A stretch of 58,114 bases of DNA from a virus (taxonomy: Duplodnaviria > Caudoviricetes). This document shows, piece after piece, positions 53,704-58,114 of this stretch. Under the pieces are notes generated by a model. The model saw nothing but the letters and a program-made list of their open reading frames with translations. It was not told the origin of the DNA and did no database searches. How positions within the stretch are numbered: the first letter of the stretch is position 1; each line of letters starts with the position of its first letter. Position numbers and translations under genes: made by a program. Location of the stretch: positions 1 through 58,114 of IMG/VR virus record IMGVR_UViG_3300048770_000009. One strand, 5' to 3'.

Positions 53704-54414
53704 ATGCAAACTCGGGGCGATTGTTTCTCTCAGGTTGGCGGGCTCGTCGGGGTCACTTATCCCGATGACGATTGGCTTACAGAGGAGTATCTCGCCCCGA
53801 AATGCAACACAGCTTATGAGCAGTCGATCATGTACCTTGAGCTTTCCTGCTCGCCGTACATCGAAAAGGTTGTGCTGATTCCATCGGTGAATGTGGGAGC
53901 CGACGAAAGCAACCTAACTCCATACGCCGGAGCCGATAGGACTTATCCCCTCAAGAACCTTGTGGAACCCCGCTTTGTGGACTTCCGTGTATCTGGGACC
54001 AATGGACCGTGGAAGCCCGTCAAGGAATGCACGATCCTGCCCGACACGCCTCAACAAGTGCAGGCCGGGACGTTTGACTTCCGTGTGCGGGGAGACTTCC
54101 GGCCGGCGGACCTCACAACCGATGACAGCGTTATTGAGGTTCACCCTCTCGCGGCGCATGCCCTGGCTTACTCCATCGGCGCGCTGATCGGCGCGGAGCG
54201 GCCCAACGATGCGTGGACGACCAATTATGGCACGATCGCCAAGGCTGCATGGGATGTCATCTCGGCCAAGCTCACCCAACAGATGCAGCGGCAGAGTTTC
54301 AGGCTTGGCTCTCCAAACCGCGGCAACGGAAGCGGGCGCGGATGGAATTACAACCTCCAATCCAACGTGGGATGGGAGTGGCGCAGTTTCGGTCTGTATG
54401 TGAAATTGATCTAA
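53704..54414 (+). CDS. Putative head-tail adaptor
   Basis: Size, position before the nozzle-like gene, and helical ends. Confidence 0.5.
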   Translation: MQTRGDCFSQVGGLVGVTYPDDDWLTEEYLAPKCNTAYEQSIMYLELSCSPYIEKVVLIPSVNVGADESNLTPYAGADRTYPLKNLVEPRFVDFRVSGTNGPWKPVKECTILPDTPQQVQAGTFDFRVRGDFRPADLTTDDSVIEVHPLAAHALAYSIGALIGAERPNDAWTTNYGTIAKAAWDVISAKLTQQMQRQSFRLGSPNRGNGSGRGWNYNLQSNVGWEWRSFGLYVKLI

Positions 54415-54438
54415 CCAATTCAACCAAGGAGAACCATC

Positions 54439-54789
54439 ATGGCAAATGCAGTTACCATCGCCTATCAAAAATCCGGCAATAACTTCAAAACAACGATCTT
54501 CAAGATCGCTCTGAGTGGCAATTATGCTGCACCCGAGGTCGTGACTCTGACTAACGCAGCATCTAACCCCGCTGCTCAGACGGCTACTGGTCCTTCTGGA
54601 GCTGCTCCACTTGGCGCCGTTCCTACCTTCGGTGGAGTTCCGGGTTATTCTGCAACTCTAACCCCCACGGCGACGGCGGGACAGTACAACCTCACGTTTG
54701 CCAATGGGGGATCTGCTCTTTCTGGTGCATATCCCGCTGGCACGCAAACCCTCGGCGCTGAAATTGACCACTGTTTGCAGGGATTCTAA
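54439..54789 (+). CDS. Small structural (decoration-like) protein
   Basis: AAGGAG RBS; Ala/Thr/Gly-rich. Confidence 0.55.
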   Translation: MANAVTIAYQKSGNNFKTTIFKIALSGNYAAPEVVTLTNAASNPAAQTATGPSGAAPLGAVPTFGGVPGYSATLTPTATAGQYNLTFANGGSALSGAYPAGTQTLGAEIDHCLQGF

Positions 54790-54798
54790 GGCAGGTAA

Positions 54799-57700
54799 AT
54801 GGCCAATTACGGCGGAGCGACCAAGGTAGAGTTCAGTCGCTGGCTTGGCCTCGTAGATGAGGATGACCCCACCAATCTGCCCATGGGCTGTGCTGCCCTG
54901 TCGCAGAATTGCCGGTTCAATCTTACCGAGGTCGAGACCAGATACGGGATTCAGACTGCAATCCAAGGAAAGAACCAGAGTCCAATCACGGGCCTCTTGG
55001 GGTGCGCCTTCACCCCGGAGACCGCGACTCAGGTTTACTTTCAGGCCATATTGCTCTACGACTATGCCGGCGCCTTCCAGATCGAGAATCCATCCGGAAC
55101 AGGTCGTACCACGAGCATAACCGGGCCGCTGGTCACTCTCCCCGCCAACTCCCACATGATCGGCACCCAAGCCTATAACCGGGCTTGGATGGGATTCTCC
55201 AACCTCCTCACCCCCACAGCTTTCCCGGCAGCATACGACCTCTCGACCAAGCAACTCCTTCCTTACGGCATGAAGCCTGTGGGCTTCGGCTGGTACGCCG
55301 GCGCGCAGGTGCTGGTGGGGGAATGCTGCACCCCGTCGCAACTCCAGAGCGGGGTTACTGTGGCTGTCGGCAATGGCCATCTCTACATCTGCACCGTGGC
55401 CGGAACGACAGCGAACGTACAGCCAGTGTGGCCTCTCACTGAAGGCGGGACTGTTGTAGACGGCGGAGTGACGTGGAAAGAACAGACGCCGGTTATGGCG
55501 AACCGCATTGCTGCTCCGAATGCCCCGGCGCTGGCTCTGGCTGGCGGTGGAACGATCGCGGCCGGGCAGGATGTCTATGTCGCCATTACGCTCGTCAACG
55601 CCCAGGGAGAAAGCCTCCCAAGCCTCTCCAGCAAGATCACCACACTTGCCGGAGCTACAACCGTCAACGTCACGATTCCAGCTCTTGCGTCGATGGCCGG
55701 CTGGGTGCAGGGATTGCCGTCACAATACGTTCCCATCGCGGCAAATGTTTATGTCGCCATTGTCGCCACGGCAACGCCTGCGCCACAGCTATCCACCTAT
55801 CAAGCCGCGAATGCTGCACCTGTCGCTCTCGGCGGAACTTATGGCGTCGCCGCGGCTGGTTCCTTCCAAGCTCCCCCGACCACCAATACAGCCCGTATCA
55901 CGGGCGGCCAACTTCCCACTCCAGACATCGAGCCTGTCATCGCGCGCGCGGGCGGTGGCGGAGTATTTGCGGCCGGGTTGGATGTCTACATCCTCCAGAC
56001 CTATGTGAACGCCATCGGCGAGACGCTCCCAGGTCCGGCTAATTCCGTCATCGACACACAGTTGGATGATTCGATCGTCATCACTACGCAGTTTCCGCAG
56101 GGTTACGCCGTCACCGGCATCAACCTTTACGAATGCGATGTGCCAACCGGGACCACCTTCGATGGCAGCACCTTTCCGCCTCCCGGTAACTTCGCTCTCA
56201 TTGGCACATTCGGCACTGGCGCGACCGTCACGATTACAAATACCGTGGTCGGTCCTCCACCGCCAACCGTCAACACTACCGGGCCTGCTGGCAACATCGC
56301 GCAGGACACGGCCACGGGAGGCCCCAACGGCACCCAGGGCTATCGCTGGCTCTGCATCGCCTATGAGGATGACTTCGACACCATCTCTGGCTTTACGCAG
56401 GCTGCGACCTTCAGTTATATCGTGGATGAGAACGGCTGGGAGTTATCCCTCTTCAACCTTCCCACAGGGCCAAGTTACATCCAGAACGTGATTGCTGGCT
56501 TCTCCGTTGCCGATGGGTTGAGCGCTGGACCCTTCTTCTATATCCCGCAGTCAACCGTCTCGGACGCCATCCCCATGACGGCGACGGCCTTCCCGAATGG
56601 AACCTCGACAGCCACGGTCAACTTCACCGATGAGTTTCTGATTGGCTCCATCGACATCACTGACAGGCTGCGCGTCATTCAGCCTCAACAATGCGTTGAC
56701 ATCTACTACTCCCCGACCGTTGACCGCATCTTCCAGACTGGCGTGCCGGGCTTCTATTCCAGCCACTGGGTCTCGCTGGCGGCAGATCCTGAAAGCTACT
56801 ACGGCGACACCAGCATCATCACCGTGGGAACCGACGACGGCGAGCGCGCCTGGTGCGTGCGCGAGTTTCAAGGCGTTCTCTATTCCTTCCGTGAGCGGTC
56901 TGGTTTTGAAATCAATCCCTCGACGGCGGACCCAGCAACATGGGTAGTCACGAAACGCTGGACCAAGGTGGGACCGTGCGGGCCGCGCGCGGTCGATGTG
57001 TGCGGCCAGTTCATCATTTTCGTGCATTCGAGTGGTATCTATAAGTACGAAAGCTCCTACCCTGAATTGGTCTCAAAGGAACTGCCGCGCTGGTGGAACA
57101 CGATCAACTGGGCAGCCCAGCAAACCATCTGGTGCGCGATTGATGCCGAGGAGCATGAAGTCAAAATGGGCTTCCCTGTCGGTAACAGCACCGTGCCGAA
57201 TGTGGTTCTCACGCTCAACTATGAGGAGGGCTGGAACAACCCCCTGCTGTTCTCGCGCTACTCTGGCAAAGAAATAACCATCGAGCAGTGCCGCAAATAC
57301 TCAGTGGATAGCATTGCTGGATTTGTCGGCGGCAGGGTTTACCGGACTATCACGGGCGAGCCCACCCCAGACGAGGGTCCAGTGGACACCACCGAAGAAT
57401 ACGCGCGCCAGTACATCTCGCAGTTCCTGATTGCCTCCTCTGGACCTGATGGGACGGTGCAGGCCATCTCGCCGGGAATCTACAACGACAATGGAGCCGG
57501 GATCGATTGTCAGTACGAAAGCGTGGCCGCGCAGGAGATGATGACTCTTTGCAAGCTCCAAGGTCTCAACATGAACGCCCGCGGCAACGGCAGCCTCTTT
57601 GTATCGTTCATTGCTGGCGCGCGCAGGATCACGGACTGGGGAGCCGGTACGCCACAGCCAAGATGGTATGTCCCGCTTAAGCCGATCCAGCTTGAACTGA

Positions 57701-57864
57701 ATCCCACCAAGGGAATCAGCCGTAACACCCCCAGCAAGCTCAATGAGCGGTGGAGAGTGCGCTACACCAACGGAGCGATTGCGGATGCCTGGTTCTCGAT
57801 GAAGTACAGTTGCGTGTTTATCAGTCCCATGTTCCAGGGCCGACTGGCTGGGGAGAGTAGATAG
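54799..57864 (+). CDS. Tail nozzle/DNA-stabilisation (P22 gp10-like) protein
   Basis: WLGLVDEDDPTNLP...QNCRF start and beta-propeller-like VGPCGPRAV...IIFVHSSGIYKY; 1021 aa. Confidence 0.65.
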   Translation: MANYGGATKVEFSRWLGLVDEDDPTNLPMGCAALSQNCRFNLTEVETRYGIQTAIQGKNQSPITGLLGCAFTPETATQVYFQAILLYDYAGAFQIENPSGTGRTTSITGPLVTLPANSHMIGTQAYNRAWMGFSNLLTPTAFPAAYDLSTKQLLPYGMKPVGFGWYAGAQVLVGECCTPSQLQSGVTVAVGNGHLYICTVAGTTANVQPVWPLTEGGTVVDGGVTWKEQTPVMANRIAAPNAPALALAGGGTIAAGQDVYVAITLVNAQGESLPSLSSKITTLAGATTVNVTIPALASMAGWVQGLPSQYVPIAANVYVAIVATATPAPQLSTYQAANAAPVALGGTYGVAAAGSFQAPPTTNTARITGGQLPTPDIEPVIARAGGGGVFAAGLDVYILQTYVNAIGETLPGPANSVIDTQLDDSIVITTQFPQGYAVTGINLYECDVPTGTTFDGSTFPPPGNFALIGTFGTGATVTITNTVVGPPPPTVNTTGPAGNIAQDTATGGPNGTQGYRWLCIAYEDDFDTISGFTQAATFSYIVDENGWELSLFNLPTGPSYIQNVIAGFSVADGLSAGPFFYIPQSTVSDAIPMTATAFPNGTSTATVNFTDEFLIGSIDITDRLRVIQPQQCVDIYYSPTVDRIFQTGVPGFYSSHWVSLAADPESYYGDTSIITVGTDDGERAWCVREFQGVLYSFRERSGFEINPSTADPATWVVTKRWTKVGPCGPRAVDVCGQFIIFVHSSGIYKYESSYPELVSKELPRWWNTINWAAQQTIWCAIDAEEHEVKMGFPVGNSTVPNVVLTLNYEEGWNNPLLFSRYSGKEITIEQCRKYSVDSIAGFVGGRVYRTITGEPTPDEGPVDTTEEYARQYISQFLIASSGPDGTVQAISPGIYNDNGAGIDCQYESVAAQEMMTLCKLQGLNMNARGNGSLFVSFIAGARRITDWGAGTPQPRWYVPLKPIQLELNPTKGISRNTPSKLNERWRVRYTNGAIADAWFSMKYSCVFISPMFQGRLAGESR

Positions 57865-58114
57865 ATGGCTCTAAGTAAAGCGCAGATAAATGCAATTCGG
57901 GACTTCGGGCTTCGTACCGTGCTGCTCGGCATCTATGCCCAACTTGAGGTTCATAACAATCAACTTGGCAGTAACTTCATCGAGCCGACTAACTCACCGC
58001 AGGAGCCATCGAGCGCGCCTCCCCCGCTTGCATCATTAATGGTTAGCGGAGCAAATGGGATATTCACTGTCGCAATCACCAATCCAACGCAGTCGATCAA
58101 CAAGACGCTCTATC
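57865..58114 (+). CDS. Tail-module protein, 3'-truncated
   Basis: ATG directly after the previous stop; open to the window end (MALSKAQINAIRDFGL...). Confidence 0.6.
   Translation, partial: MALSKAQINAIRDFGLRTVLLGIYAQLEVHNNQLGSNFIEPTNSPQEPSSAPPPLASLMVSGANGIFTVAITNPTQSINKTLY

Overview
A large part of a tailed dsDNA phage genome with a podovirus-like head and tail set. The host is probably an Acidobacteriota bacterium, inferred from the host-like DnaB N-terminus and Acidobacteria-style signal peptides ending A/S-Q. Two arms diverge from a promoter pair at about 24.6 kb. The leftward early arm (24.6 to 5.6 kb, minus strand) carries RHH and XRE regulators, a DUF1376-type replication initiator with iterons, YqaJ exonuclease plus Bet/RecT, a Rad50/SbcC-like ATPase, CspA, DnaB, GroES and GroEL, several free-standing endonucleases and three tandem-repeat genes. 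The rightward late arm carries a cluster of tail-fibre/tailspike-like genes, lysis candidates, portal, scaffold, major capsid and tail genes. The window start holds the end of a large virion protein gene followed by terS and terL. Three things stand out. (1) Seven consecutive fibre/tailspike-like proteins all carry Sec signal peptides and even numbers of mostly locally paired cysteines, suggesting a phage appendage that folds outside the cytoplasm. (2) An HNH-AP2 endonuclease sits behind a recoded groEL 3' end, with the original 35-codon C-terminus stranded downstream. (3) There are several structured intergenic RNA candidates. No integrase, DNA polymerase, reverse transcriptase, CRISPR array or canonical tRNA was seen. 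All calls are by eye from motifs; no searches or folding programs were run.
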